This document shows positions 13,728 through 28,143 of a stretch of 64,000 nucleotides of DNA, one piece after another (position 1 is the first letter of the stretch; each line of letters starts with the position of its first letter). The notes beneath the pieces are model-generated. The model made no database searches and was not told the DNA's origin. It saw only the letters and a list, made by a program, of their open reading frames with translations. Where the stretch lies: contig JAUCBJ010000697.1 of assembly GCA_032718475.1 (NCBI GenBank), forward strand, positions 1-64,000. Reading direction: 5' to 3'. The translations under genes were made by a program, and so were the position numbers. This DNA comes from Nemertoderma westbladi (Eukaryota > Animalia > Xenacoelomorpha).

Positions 13728-15597
13728 CACTCAGCTGGTCATAGTAATTAACCATAGAGTCTTGGGTTGAGCTAATAGATTGGCTTGTTATTGGTTGTGG
13801 TAAGATCCAGCCAGATTTATTAATATTGACTGCGTTGTAGTGCGAGTGTTAAGTTTACAATAATATTTAAGGAATGGATGAATGAATGACGGTTATTGTA
13901 AATAATAAATAATTGGTTGTATCAAACACATATCTCATTGTATTATATTATAGGCCAGGGCTACTATTTTAAAACATTTATAATACAAGTCATATAATTA
14001 ATATACTGTAAACGTGTGGGGCTGTTTAAAAAAAATAAACGACACTCAGTGAAATGGGGTTAAAAGGTCCCCGGGCATGATGATAACACGGCGAAATGAA
14101 ATAAAAAACCAAATTAAAATTAAGTAAATTAAATATTCATTCATTAAATAAAATTTTATTTAAAACAAAAAATTTAAATTAAAAAAAATATAAAAACTAT
14201 TTAATAAAACTTAATTACTAATTTTTTTTACTCGATGAACCAGTTGTAAAACCTTCACCCCGCTGGGGGGGGGGGGGGGGGGGGGGGATAGATTGTTTTT
14301 ATTATAATATTGTCTATTTGGTCTACCACGAGCCGTTTTTATTCTTATTTCCGTTTTATTATGAAGTGTTTACGTATCAAGGTCCATTTTTTACATTTTA
14401 AACTCGAATTATGTGTAGCCTAGGCCTATTTACAGAACAATTTTAATAGAGTTTAATAATATTAATAATAATTATAAAATAAATCCGGCTTTTAATTCGA
14501 CAAAATTAGATACCATTTATAAAAATCTTCCCAGTTTAGTTCTTCGAACCATTTTGGACAGTTCCTTTTGGACAGTGACTCTTCTAACAGGGTTAGTGTA
14601 TTTGCGTCTCTATATTTGCCGACACAGACGGGGTGGGGCGCATCCAATGATCGAAATATGTTTTAAAACAAATCGGTATCGCAGGTGTATCATAGATTAC
14701 GGGATTAGATTGTAATAAAGTTAAATAGGTGAAGGTTGAAGGGAAGGCGGAGCCATTAGTGGGCTTTGGTAGATCAGTTAGGGCTGTCCCTAATGTTTTC
14801 ATCCTGTAGATTGGGGTTCAGAATAAAAGGTATAAGGTCGTGCGGGATAAAAATTCTAAAATAATGTATAAAACAAAAATATAAAACATTTACTAATAAA
14901 TAGAAATTCTAAAAATGGATCTTCAATCTTTTGTTTGAGTTAATTTGGTCAAATGATATAAAATATAGATGGTAAAAATTCTAAGTCACTTATATGAAGT
15001 AACTATGTATGTATAGATTCAGACATTCGAATAATAATATTATTATAGTTATAATTATTTATTACATGGGAAAACAGTAGGCATATAACTTTTTTTTAAT
15101 TATTCTCGATGGATTTTATATACCGAGTGTCAGCGAGGTTAATAAAGGGTCGAGATAATATTGAATCCAACAATCAGCCCATTTGGAGCACACACTATCA
15201 ATGTAAAGTAGCCAACATCTCATTGTAAAGGATTACTATTTAGTTATAGAGTCACTACTGACTGTCTCACCATGTGGTTTCCTTCAATTGGTAAAGTGAT
15301 CGGATCGTTTATTGTTTTGGTTAGAAAAGCCCGTCTCAGTAACCTGCCCATTTCCCTCAATTGGTAAAGTGGCCGTTTATTGTTTTGGGTAGAAAAGCCC
15401 GCCTTTGTAATCTGCTCCTTTCCCTCAATTGGTTTATAACCCAAAGTAATTATACCCTTATATCTTTCTATTTTATATTAACATATTAAAGATTTTAAAG
15501 TTCTCAAGGAATATTATTAATAATAAGGAGGACTGTATTCAATAGCAACCGTAAGGTAGCTTACCACCTATAGCAAATCAATCGGAAAGATGCAGGA

Positions 15598-15669
15598 GCC
15601 TCCGTGGTGTAGTGGTTAGCATACCTGAACGTTTATCGGGAGACGCGGGTTCGATCCCCGCTGGTGGCG
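15598..15669 (+). ncRNA. tRNA-like element (tRNA pseudogene or SINE head) in the CERS intron
   Basis: A box TGGTGTAGTGG and B box GGTTCGATCCC; folds as a cloverleaf with downstream T-tract. The anticodon loop ACGTTTA lacks U33 and purine 37, and the acceptor stem has a U-U mismatch. Confidence 0.7.
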
Positions 15670-15865
15670 AATTCATTTTTCCCGCTCCATTTGCTATAGA
15701 GTTGGATCATCATTAGTCCTGTTTAATTACTTATAAACTATTAATAATATTTATAAATTTTAAAGTATAAAATTTCCTTTATTACTTGGGGGAATCCAAT
15801 GTTTAATTTTGAATTTTTCAGTTAAATTACCAAAACTTTAAATACCCCCCCCCCCCCCCCATTAG

Positions 15866-16522
15866 ATTCAATCCAACCACGGCTACATCTACAACCTTAA
15901 AGTCTGTTGGCAGGACTACCCCTTCCTCAACGTCCCCTACGACGTCCACATGTACTACATCGTCAGTCTCGCCTTCTACTGCAGTCTACTTATCTCCCAG
16001 TTCACCGATATCAGACGCAAAGATTTCTGGGTCATGTTCACCCACCACATAGTCACCGTGTTCCTCATCAGTTTCTCTTGGGCCGCTAATTTTATCCGAA
16101 TCGGTTGCTGCATCATTGTCATCCACGATTCTTCTGACGTTCTTCTCGAACTCGCTAAGCTCCTCCGCTACATTAAGTACATGTCCTTCTGTAACGTCGC
16201 CTTCGGATTGTTCACCGCCACCTTTTTCGTCACTCGTCTTTACTTCTACCCCGTCTACCTCGTCCACAGCATCCACACCAGCACCGCTGTCGTCGGTTTC
16301 TACCAATCCTGGTACGTCTTTATGGCCCTTTCCGTCTCCCTCGTCTTCATGCATTTCTACTGGTCCATCCTCATCCTCAAAGTCATCTACAACATCGTTA
16401 TCCGCAGCAAAACGGAAGATTCCCGGAGTGATTCCGAGTCGGATCTGCGGGAAGCTGAAGAAGACGACGATAGAGAAGGTTCTGGTAACTCTAACGGGTC
16501 CGTTCCGTCTGGGTATAATTAG
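15866..16522 (+). CDS. CERS: Ceramide synthase, coding exon 2 (TLC/Lag1 motif)
   Basis: Acceptor poly-C-ATTAG|ATT is in frame. [27 protein letters not shown] and FFVTRL motifs, then acidic DSRSDSE tail. Joined CDS is 369 aa. Confidence 0.92.
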   Translation: MQSNHGYIYNLKVCWQDYPFLNVPYDVHMYYIVSLAFYCSLLISQFTDIRRKDFWVMFTHHIVTVFLISFSWAANFIRIGCCIIVIHDSSDVLLELAKLLRYIKYMSFCNVAFGLFTATFFVTRLYFYPVYLVHSIHTSTAVVGFYQSWYVFMALSVSLVFMHFYWSILILKVIYNIVIRSKTEDSRSDSESDLREAEEDDDREGSGNSNGSVPSGYN

Positions 16523-16547
16523 TTCCGCGTTCCGTCTCGGTATAATT

Positions 16548-17973
16548 AGTTCCGCGTTCCGTCTCGGTACCGCGTTCCGTCTCGGTACCGCGTTCCGTCT
16601 CGGTACCGCGTTCCGTCTCGGTACCGCGTTCCGTCTCGGTACCGCGTTCCGTCTCGGTACCGCGTTCCGTCTCGGTACCGCGTTCCGTCTCGGTACCGCG
16701 TTCCGTCTCGGTACCGCGTACCGTCTCGGTACCGCGTTCCGTCTCGGTACCGCGTTCCGTCTCGGTACCGCGTTCCGTCTCGGTACCGCGTACCGTCTCG
16801 GTACCGCGTTCCGTCTCGGTACCGCGTTCCGTCTCGGTACCGCGTTCCGTCTCGGTACCGCGTTCCGTCTCGGTACCGCGTTCCGTCTCGGTACCGCGTT
16901 CCGTCTCGGTACCGCGTTCCGTCTCGGTACCGCGTTCCGTCTCGGTACCGCGTTCCGTCTCGGTACCGCGTTCCGTCTCGGTACCGCGTTCCGTCTCGGT
17001 ACCGCGTTCCGTCTCGGTACCGCGTTCCGTCTCGGTACCGCGTTCCGTCTCGGTACCGCGTTCCGTCTCGGTACCGCGTTCCGTCTCGGTACCGCGTTCC
17101 GTCTCGGTACCGCGTTCCGTCTCGGTACCGCGTTCCGTCTCGGTACCGCGTTCCGTCTCGGTACCGCGTTCCGTCTCGGTACCGCGTACCGTCTCGGTAC
17201 CGCGTTCCGTCTCGGTACCGCGTTCCGTCTCGGTACCGCGTTCCGTCTCGGTACCGCGTACCGTCTCGGTACCGCGTTCCGTCTCGGTACCGCGTTCCGT
17301 CTCGGTACCGCGTTCCGTCTCGGTACCGCGTTCCGTCTCGGTACCGCGTTCCGTCTCGGTACCGCGTTCCGTCTCGGTACCGCGTTCCGTCTCGGTACCG
17401 CGTTCCGTCTCGGTACCGCGTTCCGTCTCGGTACCGCGTTCCGTCTCGGTACCGCGTTCCGTCTCGGTACCGCGTTCCGTCTCGGTACCGCGTTCCGTCT
17501 CGGTACCGCGTTCCGTCTCGGTACCGCGTTCCGTCTCGGTACCGCGTTCCGTCTCGGTACCGCGTTCCGTCTCGGTACCGCGTTCCGTCTCGGTACCGCG
17601 TTCCGTCTCGGTACCGCGTTCCGTCTCGGTACCGCGTTCCGTCTCGGTACCGCGTTCCGTCTCGGTACCGCGTTCCGTCTCGGTACCGCGTACCGTCTCG
17701 GTACCGCGTACCGTCTCGGTACCGCGTTCCGTCTCGGTACCGCGTTCCGTCTCGGTACCGCGTTCCGTCTCGGTACCGCGTACCGTCTCGGTACCGCGTT
17801 CCGTCTCGGTACCGCGTTCCGTCTCGGTACCGCGTTCCGTCTCGGTACCGCGTTCCGTCTCGGTACCGCGTTCCGTCTCGGTACCGCGTTCCGTCTCGGT
17901 ACCGCGTTCCGTCTCGGTACCGCGTTCCGTCTCGGTACCGCGTTCCGTCTCGGTACCGCGTTCCGTCTCGGTA
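16548..17973. repeat. 18-bp CpG-rich tandem array (CGCGTTCCGTCTCGGTAC) just after the CERS stop codon
   Basis: Near-perfect repeats with an occasional T>A variant. Confidence 0.97.
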
Positions 17974-18084
17974 TAATTAGTTCCGTATTTTCGTTTAATC
18001 GTATTTCTATAATGTTTTGGTACTTTAGGATAACGTTATGATCGTTGCCCTGGTATACACTGGATCACACCGATTGGTTCTTTT

Positions 18085-18090
18085 AATAAA
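18085..18090 (+). promoter_or_regulatory. Candidate CERS polyadenylation signal
   Basis: First AATAAA downstream of the CERS stop codon. Confidence 0.4.
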
Positions 18091-18368
18091 TAAACCTAAT
18101 AGTAGATAGTAATCATCAAGGAGATAATGTTGTGGATAATATTGACTGACACCCAGAGAAAGTTCATTATGAATCCAGATGTTTATTTTATATGAGTTTA
18201 TTAGTTTAACATTAAGTTAATTAATTACATAAATTTGTTCGCCATTATGTTATTAACTGATAATTAAATATAATTAATTTATATCCCCTTATAGACCCCC
18301 CCCCCCCCCCCCCCACCCCACCGCACCGCACCGAGCTCAAATAATGTGGTTCTCCGGACATATAAAAT

Positions 18369-18622
18369 CATGGTTACCACTCACCTGGAAAACCTGGAAT
18401 AGTCCGGGAATTTCATTTGTCATACAGGAAATATGTCATAAGCGAAAATGTGGACAATTTGTAATTTTCTCTGCTCGCTTTGCTCGCCATAATATCCTCA
18501 CATCACTAAATATATAGGTGCACTCTAATCACTTAACTTTGTTTGGAATATAATGAAGCCGCCAATCTCCAGTCAGTGAAAAAGTTAGGGAAAATTGAAA
18601 CTGAACCAGAGTGGCAACCCTG
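18369..18622. mobile_element. Putative non-autonomous DNA transposon (hAT-like ends)
   Basis: Left CATGGTTACCACTC vs right-end reverse complement CAGGGTTGCCACTC (12/14). No clear TSD. Confidence 0.45.
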
Positions 18623-18885
18623 AAGATACCAACTATTTATTTAAGAAATCCATCACCCACATCACATGCACAGGCCGATAATATTATTGCATTGTTCTAG
18701 TTAGTAGTTTATGATTTATTTGATATGTTACAAAGTTGTTATCAGATGCAGCATCTGGTTACCAGTATATCAGTTAATATTTAACTTAACTATGTTAACA
18801 TCATCGGGTTTAACATGATTATTTCACATTTTTAGGATCGTTTTATGTTTCTGTTTTGGTGTCGGTATAATATTATATGTTTATA

Positions 18886-21137
18886 AGGAAGCCGCCACAG
18901 TAACAGAAAGTATATCAGGTAGCCGCCACAGTAACATAAAGTATATCAGGAAGCGGCCACAGTAACATAAAGTATATCAGGTAGCCGCCACAGTAACATA
19001 AAGTATTGGTAGCCATCACAGTAACATAAAGTATATCAGGTAGCCGCCACAGTAACATAAAGTATATCAGGTAGCCGTCACAGTAACATAAAGTATATCA
19101 GGAAGCGGCCACAGTAACATAAAGTATATCAGGTAGCCGTCACAGTAACATAAAGTATATCAGGAAGCCGCCACAGTAACATAAAGTATAGGTAGCCATC
19201 ACAGTAACATAAAGTATATCAGGTAGCCGCCACAGTAACATAAAGTATATCAGGTAGCGGCCACAGTAACATAAAGTATATCAGGTAGCCGCCACAGTAA
19301 CAGAAAGTATATCAGGTAGCCATCACAGTAACATAAAGTATATCAGGAAGCGGCCACAGTAACATAAAGTATATCAGGTAGCCGCCACAGTAACATAAAG
19401 TATTGGTAGCCATCACAGTAACATAAAGTATATCAGGTAGCCGTCACAGTAACATAAAGTATATCAGGAAGCGGCCACAGTAACATAAAGTATATCAGGA
19501 AGCGGCCACAGTAACATAAAGTATTGGTAGCCATCACAGTAACATAAAGTATATCAGGTAGCCGTCACAGTAACATAAAGTATATCAGGAAGCGGCCACA
19601 GTAACATAAAGTATATCAGGAAGCCGCCACAGTAACAGAAAGTATATCAGGTAGCCATCACAGTAACATAAAGTATATCAGGAAGCGGCCACAGTAACAT
19701 AAAGTATATCAGGTAGCCGCCACAGTAACATAAAGTATTGGTAGCCATCACAGTAACATAAAGTATATTAGGAAGCCGCCACAGTAACAAAGTATATCAG
19801 GAAGCCGCCACAGTAACATAAAGTATTGGTAGCCATCACAGTAACATAAAGTATATCAGGTAGCCGTCACAGTAACAGAAAGTATATCAGGTAGCCATCA
19901 CAGTAACATAAAGTATATCAGGTAGCATTCACAGTAACATAAAGTATATCAGGAAGCCGCCACAGTAACAAAGTATATCAGGAAGCCGCCACAGTAACAG
20001 AAGGTATATCAGGTAGCCGCCACAGTAACATAAAGTATAGGTAGCCGTCACAGTAACATAAAGTATATCAGGAAGCCGTCACAGTAACAGAAAGTATATC
20101 AGGTAGCCGCCACAGTAACAAAGTATATCAGGAAGCCGCCACAGTAACATAAAGTATAGGTAGCCGTCACAGTAACATAAAGTATATCAGGTAGCCGTCA
20201 CAGTAACATAAAGTATATCAGGAAGCGGCCACAGTAACATAAAGTATATCAGGAAGCGGCCACAGTAACATAAAGTATAGGTAGCCGCCACAGTAACATA
20301 AAGTATATCAGGTAGCCGTCCCAGTAACATAAAGTATATCAGGTAGCCGCCACAGTAACAAAGTATATCAGGTAGCCGCCACAGTAACAAAGTATATCAG
20401 GTAGCCGTCACAGTAACATAAAGTATATCAGGTAGCCGCCACAGTAACATAAAGTATAGGTAGCCGTCACAGTAACATAAAGTATATCAGGTAGCCGCCA
20501 CAGTAACAAAGTATATCAGGTAGCCGCCACAGTAACAAAGTATATCAGGTAGCCGCCACAGTAACATAAAGTATAGGTAGCCGTCACAGTAACATAAAGT
20601 ATATCAGGTAGCCGCCACAGTAACATAAAGTATAGGTAGCCGTCACAGTAACATAAAGTATATCAGGTAGCCGCCACAGTAACAAAGTATATCAGGTAGC
20701 CGCCACAGTAACAAAGTATATCAGGTAGCCGCCACAGTAACAAAGTATATCAGGTAGCCGCCACAGTAACAAAGTATATCAGGTAGCCGCCACAGTAACA
20801 TAAAGTATATCAGGTAGCCGCCACAGTAACAAAGTATATCAGGTAGCCGCCACAGTAACAAAGTATATCAGGTAGCCGCCACAGTAACAAAGTATATCAG
20901 GTAGCCGCCACAGTAACATAAAGTATATCAGCTAGCCGTCACAGTAACATAAAGTATATCAGCTAGCCGTCACAGTAACATAAAGTATATCAGGAAGCCG
21001 CCACAGTAACATAAAGTATAGGTAGCCGTCACAGTAACATAAAGTATATCAGGAAGCCGCCACAGTAACATAAAGTATAGGTAGCCATCACAGTAACATA
21101 AAGTATTGGTAGCCGTCACAGTAACATAAAGTATATC
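18886..21137. repeat. 31-bp tandem array (CACAGTAACATAAAGTATATCAGGTAGCCGC) with shorter deletion variants
   Basis: Directly visible periodicity. Confidence 0.97.
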
Positions 21138-21699
21138 TCAGGGTCCATTTGGATTTTTTTTATTTCACTAACAGTGGTTATTTATTCTGAGTCGTTGAGT
21201 TAGGAAATTATATTGAATGCACAACAACGTGCACAATGTCTGGAAAAGGAATTGTGTCCGGGGAATCTGAATAAATAATACTTCAACTTTTGGAACACAA
21301 ACTTATTATTTTTATGTTTAATTAATTAGTTTACTATAACATATTGAGTTGTCTTTTGGTGTTGGGTTGGTATCATAGTTATTGAATAATTTATACCCTT
21401 CTGTTACAAAATATTATAATATTATATTCAGGGTAACATAAACCGTCACTTTATCTCACAATCATAGATTTACAATTTTAAAATACAAATTTAATACTTT
21501 TTATACTTTGGTGAAATAAATTCAGACATTTCTTTTACACTTTTGGTGAGTAATATAATTCAACCAGATGAATCTAAACAGTTTCACATTCTATAGAACC
21601 TTGTTTATTAGCTTGACCCTCATATACAATGTAACAATATAGAACAACAAATAAAGCACAACAAAGAAATAAACAATTTTTAAAAGGGGGGGGGGGGGG

Positions 21700-22227
21700 G
21701 GGGGGTAACTCACTCCCAGTCTTTTTTTTGTGTTTTTCGATGTAAAATTTTATGGTTATTCCGAATCTGAAATCAGTTTTTCGATAAGTTGTTACGTTCT
21801 CGAGTTATGGCGTGGCATCTTTTGTAATTTTCACCCAACATTTGAAAATTTGTAATTTTGGTGCATCACCACTTTGGACAACAAAAATAAAAATACCATC
21901 GAACAACAAAAATTTTGAAATATTGTGCTATTTTCGGAATCAGCGCCAAAAATTACCCCGCGCTACAGGTGTCAAAACAAAAAAAGGAGATCATCTTTGA
22001 AAAAATTTGTAAATTGTTAACTTTTGGTGCATGTTTGGTTAGTTGTAAGTTTAATGTCATTTTTCTCCCGTTGGCTTTTCTCTACGTTTTAACTAATTAC
22101 CGATTTTCGTTCTGTTTGCATAATTAATTATGTGGAGGAATATTCCGCGAAAAAATTATTGTGTTGAAAGAATTTTGTTTAAAAAAAAGTTATGGAAAAC
22201 TCACGGAAAAGACTGGTGAACCCCCCC
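21700..22227. mobile_element. Possible MITE
   Basis: Imperfect inverted ends GGG..TCAC..CCAGTCTTTT / AAAAGACTGGTGAACCCC around a non-coding interior. Confidence 0.3.
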
Positions 22228-22692
22228 ATTAATGCCTTAAATACATTGAAACATTTATATCCAGACTGGTGACCCCCCCCCCCCCCCCCCCCGTTCCATT
22301 TGACATAGCTAGCTAACTAACTAGCTAGCTAACTATTCTGCTAAACTAGCAGAATTTTCTGAATTATAATTATTTATCATTCAGTAATTTTTCCTAAAAG
22401 TTACAAGTTTTCTTTCACACAAATTTCAGCATTTAAATAATATATTTAATTACACTAATCTAATATTATATTTTTCATTTATATACGTTTATAAATATAA
22501 ATTTTCGAACTATATATACATATATCTAATCTATACAGACAAGACACAATCAAATCGGTTTTTATCTCCTTTTCTAGTAAAAGGATTAACCGCGCACAAT
22601 TTCTAACAAATGCTATTTATTTATTCACATGTGCGAATTTTAATGAATTTATAAATATGCATCATTACTTTGTAATACACGTATATAAATGC

Positions 22693-24255
22693 AATAAAGT
22701 GCTACATTATAGTACAGCTATCATAAAGTGCTACATTATGGTACAGCTATCATAAAGTGCAACATTATGGTACAGCTATAATAAAGTGCTACATTATGGT
22801 ACAGCTATCATAAAGTGCTACATTATGGTACAGCAATCATAAAGTGCTACATTATGGTACAGCTATCATAAAGTGCTACATTATGGTACAGCTATCATAA
22901 AGTGCAACATTATGGTACAGCTATAATAAAGTGCTACATTATGGTACAGCTATCATAAAGTGCTACATTATGGTACAGCTATCATAAAGTGCTACATTAT
23001 GGTACAGCTATCATAAAGTGCTACATTATGGTACATCTATCATAAAGTGCTACATTATGGTACAGCTATCATAAAGTGCTACATTATGGTACAGCTATCA
23101 TAAAGTGCAACACTATGGTACAGCTATAATAAAGTGCTTCATTATGGTACAGCTATCATAAAGTGCAACATTATGGTACAGCTATAATAAAGTGCTACAT
23201 TATGGTACAGCTATCATAAAGTGCTACATTATGGTACAGCTATCATAAAGTGCTACATTATGGTACAGCTATCATAAAGTGCTACATTATGGTACAGCTA
23301 TCATAAAGTGGAACATTATGGTACAGCTATCATGAAGTGCTACATTATGGTACAGCTATCATGAAGTGCTAGATTATGGTGCAGCTACCATAAAGTGCTA
23401 CATTATGGTACAGCTATCATAAAGTGCTACATTATGGTACATCTATCATAAAGTGCTACATTATGGTACAGCTGTCATAAAGTGCAACATTATGGTACAG
23501 CTATCATAAAGTGCTACATTATGGTACAGCTATCATAAAGTGCAACATTATGGTACAGCTATAATAAAGTGCTACATTATGGTACAGCTATCATAAAGTG
23601 CTAGGTGCAGCTACCATAAAGTGCTAGATTATGGTGCAGCTACCATAAAGTGCTAGATTATGGTACAGCTATCATAAAGTGCTACATTATGGTACATCTA
23701 TCATAAAGTGCTACATTATGGTACAGCTATCATAAAGTGCTACATTATGGTACATCTATCATAAAGTGCTACATTATGGTACAGCTATCATAAAGTGCTA
23801 CATTATGGTACAGCTATCATAAAGTGCAACATTATGGTACAGCTATAATAAAGTGCTACATTATGGTACAGCTATCATAAAGTGCTACATTATGGTACAT
23901 CTATCATAAAGTGCTACATTATGGTACATCTATCATAAAGTGCTACATTATGGTACAGCTATCATAAAGTGCAACATTATGGTACAGCTATCATAAAGTG
24001 CTACATTATGGTACAGCTATCATAAAGTGCTACATTATGGTACAGCTATCATGAAGTGCTAGATTATGGTGCAGCTACCATAAAGTGCTAGATTATGGTA
24101 CAGCTATCATAAAGTGCTAGATTATGGTGCAGCTACCATAAAGTGCTACATTATGGTACATCTATCATAAAGTGCTACATTATGGTACAGCTATCATAAA
24201 GTGCAACATTATGGTACAGCTATCATAAAGTGCAACATTATGGCACAGCTATCAT
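22693..24255. repeat. 29-bp tandem array (ATAAAGTGCTACATTATGGTACAGCTATC)
   Basis: Directly visible periodicity. Confidence 0.97.
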
Positions 24256-24363
24256 GTTATACGTTTACTAAATGTTTATTTTAACACTTCTTTATATCCG
24301 GCGCCTAATATCTACGCTTTACCATCAATGTATTTTAATTGTATTTATTTAATTTGTTTAAAT

Positions 24364-24636
24364 TAGTGTTTAAACGGGATCCCGAAAAACTGGTATCCTG
24401 GCCATCCCGAAGTAAATAGTTAAGTAAATTTGTTGAATATCTGATAAATAGTTCCAGCAGAACGGAAATGTTTACCGAATTTTTATGCCACAAAACCATC
24501 CGGTAATCAATTGCAAAAAGATAAAGTGAGAGTTACCCAAATCCCGCCACATATACTATTAACTTTAAGGAATTTAATCCAAAATTGTAATCCCGAACCT
24601 GGAATTCACCAAAAGTATGATCCCGTTTAAAGACTA
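24364..24636. mobile_element. MITE with 18-bp terminal inverted repeats
   Basis: TAGTGTTTAAACGGGATC ... GATCCCGTTTAAAGACTA (17/18 inverted match); outer TA may be the TSD. Confidence 0.65.
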
Positions 24637-24829
24637 GTTTAACTACTATTTTTGCTGTGCTATACTTGTGTATTAATTGTGTGCCCTTATGATTACTATT
24701 ACACAGTTACATACAAATATGTATGCTATTACATTTTCAACGTTTTAATTTGATAGATTTTTAATGTTGAACTTACGTAATTTGTGGGTCTTAATCGTTT
24801 GAGTGTTAGAATCACACAGAGACAGTAAA

Positions 24830-27800
24830 ATCCACCCAGAAACACTCAGTCAGAAACACTCACCCATGGACACTCACCCAGGGACACTCACCCGCAGACA
24901 CTCACCCAGAGACACTCACTGAGAAACAGTCACCCAGGGACACTCCTACAGAAACACTCACCCAGGGACACTCACCTTGGGACACTCACCTTGGGACACT
25001 CATCCAGGGCACTCACTGAGAAACACTGACACTCATACAGGGACACTCACATTGGGACACTCAACCAGGGACACTCACCTTGGGGCACTCACCTTGGGAC
25101 ACTCACCTTGGGACACTCATCCAGGACATTCACTGAGAAACACTGACATTCAACCAGGGACACTCACCTTGGGACACTCATCCAGGGCATTTACGGAGAA
25201 ACACTGACACTCAACCAGGGACACTCACTCAGAGACACTCACCCAGAGAAACTCACCCAGAGAAACTCACCCAGAGACACTCACCTAGAGAAACACTCAC
25301 CTAGAGAAACTCACCCAGAGACACTCACCTAGAGAAACTCACGCAGAGATATTCACCCGGGGACACTAACCCAGGGACACTCACCTAGAGACACTCACCC
25401 AGGGACACTCACCCGTGACATTCACCTGGAGAAACTCACCCAGAGACACTCACCCAGAGACATTCACCTAGAGAAACTCACCCAGAGACACTCACCTAGA
25501 GAAACTCACCCAGAGACACTCACCCATGATGGATACTCACCAGGGACACTCACCCATGGACACTCACCCAGAGACACTCACCCAGGGACATTCACCTAGA
25601 GAAACTCACCCAGAGACACTCACCTAGAGAAACTCACCCAGAGACACTCACCCATGGATGGATACTCACCCGGGGACACTCACCCAGGGACACTTACGCA
25701 GAGACACTAACCCAGGGACATTCACCAATAGAAACTCACCCAGAGACACTCACCTAGAGAAACTCACCCAGAGACACTCACCCATGGATGGATACTCCCC
25801 CGGGGACACTTCACCCAAGGACACTCACGCAGAGACACTCACCCAGGGACATTCACCAATAGAAACTCACCTAGAGACAGTCACCTAGAGAAACTCACTT
25901 AGAGACACTCACCCAGGGACACACACCCATGGACATTCACCTAGAGAAACTCACCCAGAGACACTCACCTAGAAAGGTCACCCAGAGACACTTACCCATG
26001 GACACTCATCCAGGGACACTCACACCCATGGATGCTCACCCTGGGACTCTCACCCGGAGACACTCACCTAGATAAACTCTCCCAGGAACACTCACCCAGA
26101 GACACTCACCCAGGGACACTCATCCAGGAACACTCACCCAGGGACATTCACCTAGAGACTCTCACCCATGGATACTCACCCAGGGACTCTCACCCAGAGA
26201 CACTCACCCTGGGACACTCACCCAGAGACACTCACCCATGCACACTCACATAGAGACACTCACCTAAAACACTCACCCAGGGACACTCACCCAGAGTCAG
26301 TCACCCAGGACAGTAGTCACCCAGAGACACTCACCCATGGGATACACACTCAGATACACTCACCCAGGGACACTCACCCAGAGACAGTCACCCAGAGGCA
26401 GTCACGCAGAGACACTCACCCAGAGACACTCGCCCAGGGACATTTACCTAGAGACACTCACCCAGGGACACTCACCCAGAGACACTCACCCAGGGACACT
26501 CACCCAGAGACACTCACCCATGGACACTCACCCAGAGACACTCACCCATGATGGATACTCACCAGGGACACTCACCCAGGGACACTCACGCAGAGACACT
26601 CACCCAGGGACATTCACCAATAGAAACTCACCTAGAGACAGTCACCTAGAGAAACTCACTTAGAGACACTCACCCAGGGACACACACCCATGGACATTCA
26701 CCTAGAGAAACTCACCCAGAGACACTCACCTAGAGACACTCACCCAGGGACATTCACCTAGAGAAACTCACCCAGAGACACTCACCTAGAGAAACTCACC
26801 CAGAGACACTCACCCATGGATGGATACTCACCCGGGGACACTCACCCAGGGACACTTACGCAGAGACACTAACCCAGGGACATTCACCAATAGAAACTCA
26901 CCCAGAGACACTCACCTAGAGAAACTCACCCAGAGACACTCACCCATGGATGGATACTCCCCCGGGAACACTTCACCCAAGGACACTCACGCAGAGACAC
27001 TCACCCAGGGACATTCACCAATAGAAACTCACCTAGAGACAGTCACCTAGAGAAACTCACTTAGAGACACTCACCCAGGGACACACACCCATGGACATTC
27101 ACCTAGAGAAACTCACCCAGAGACACTCACCTAGAAAGGTCACCCAGAGACACTTACCCATGGACACTCATCCAGGGACACTCACACCCATGGATGCTCA
27201 CCCTGGGACTCTCACCCGGAGACACTCACCTAGATAAACTCACCCAGAGACACTCTCCCAGGAACACTCACCCAGAGACACTCACCCAGAGACACTCATC
27301 CAGGAACACTACCCAGGGACATTCACCTAGAGACTCTCACCCATGGATACTCACCCAGGGACTCTCAACCAGAGACACTCACCCAGAGACACTCACCCTG
27401 GGACACTCACCCAGAGACACTCACCCATGCACACTCACATAGAGACACTCACCTAAAACACTCACCCAGGGACACTCACCCAGAGTCAGTCACCCAGGAC
27501 AGTAGTCACCCAGAGACACTCACCCATGGGATACACACTCAGATACACTCACCCAGGGACACTCACCCAGAGACAGTCACCCAGAGGCAGTCACGCAGAG
27601 ACACTCACCCAGAGATACTCACCCAGGGACATTTACCTAGAGACACTCACCCATGGATACTAACCCAGGGACACTCACCTAGAGAAACTCACGCATGGAT
27701 ACTAACCCAGGGACTCTCACCCAGAGACACTCACCCAGGGACACTCACCCAGAGACACTCACCCATGGACACTCACCCAGAGACACTCACCTAGAACACT

Positions 27801-28143
27801 CACCCAGGGACACTAACCCAGGGACACTCACCCAGGAACACTCACCCAGGGACACTCACCCAGAGACACTCACCTAGAACACTCACCCAGGGACACTAAC
27901 CCAGGGACACTAACCCAGGGACACTCACCCATGGATACTAACCCAGGGACACTCACCTAGAGAAACTCACGCATGGATACTAACCCAGGGACTCTCACCC
28001 AGAGACACTCACCCAGGTACACTCACCCAGAGACAATCACCCAGGGTCAGTCACCCAGAGACATTCACCTAGAGACACTCACCCATGTATACTCACCCAG
28101 GGACACTCACCTAGAGACACTCACCCATGGATACTAACCCAGA
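24830..28143. repeat. Degenerate 15-bp tandem array (GACACTCACCCAGRG) with a ~1162-bp higher-order duplication
   Basis: Visible periodicity; near-identical ORFs at 25658/26820 and matching ORF starts at 26032/27194. Confidence 0.93.

Noticed and set aside
15598-15669. Functional tRNA-Asn(GTT)
   Set aside because: Non-canonical anticodon loop (C33, U37) and an acceptor-stem mismatch.
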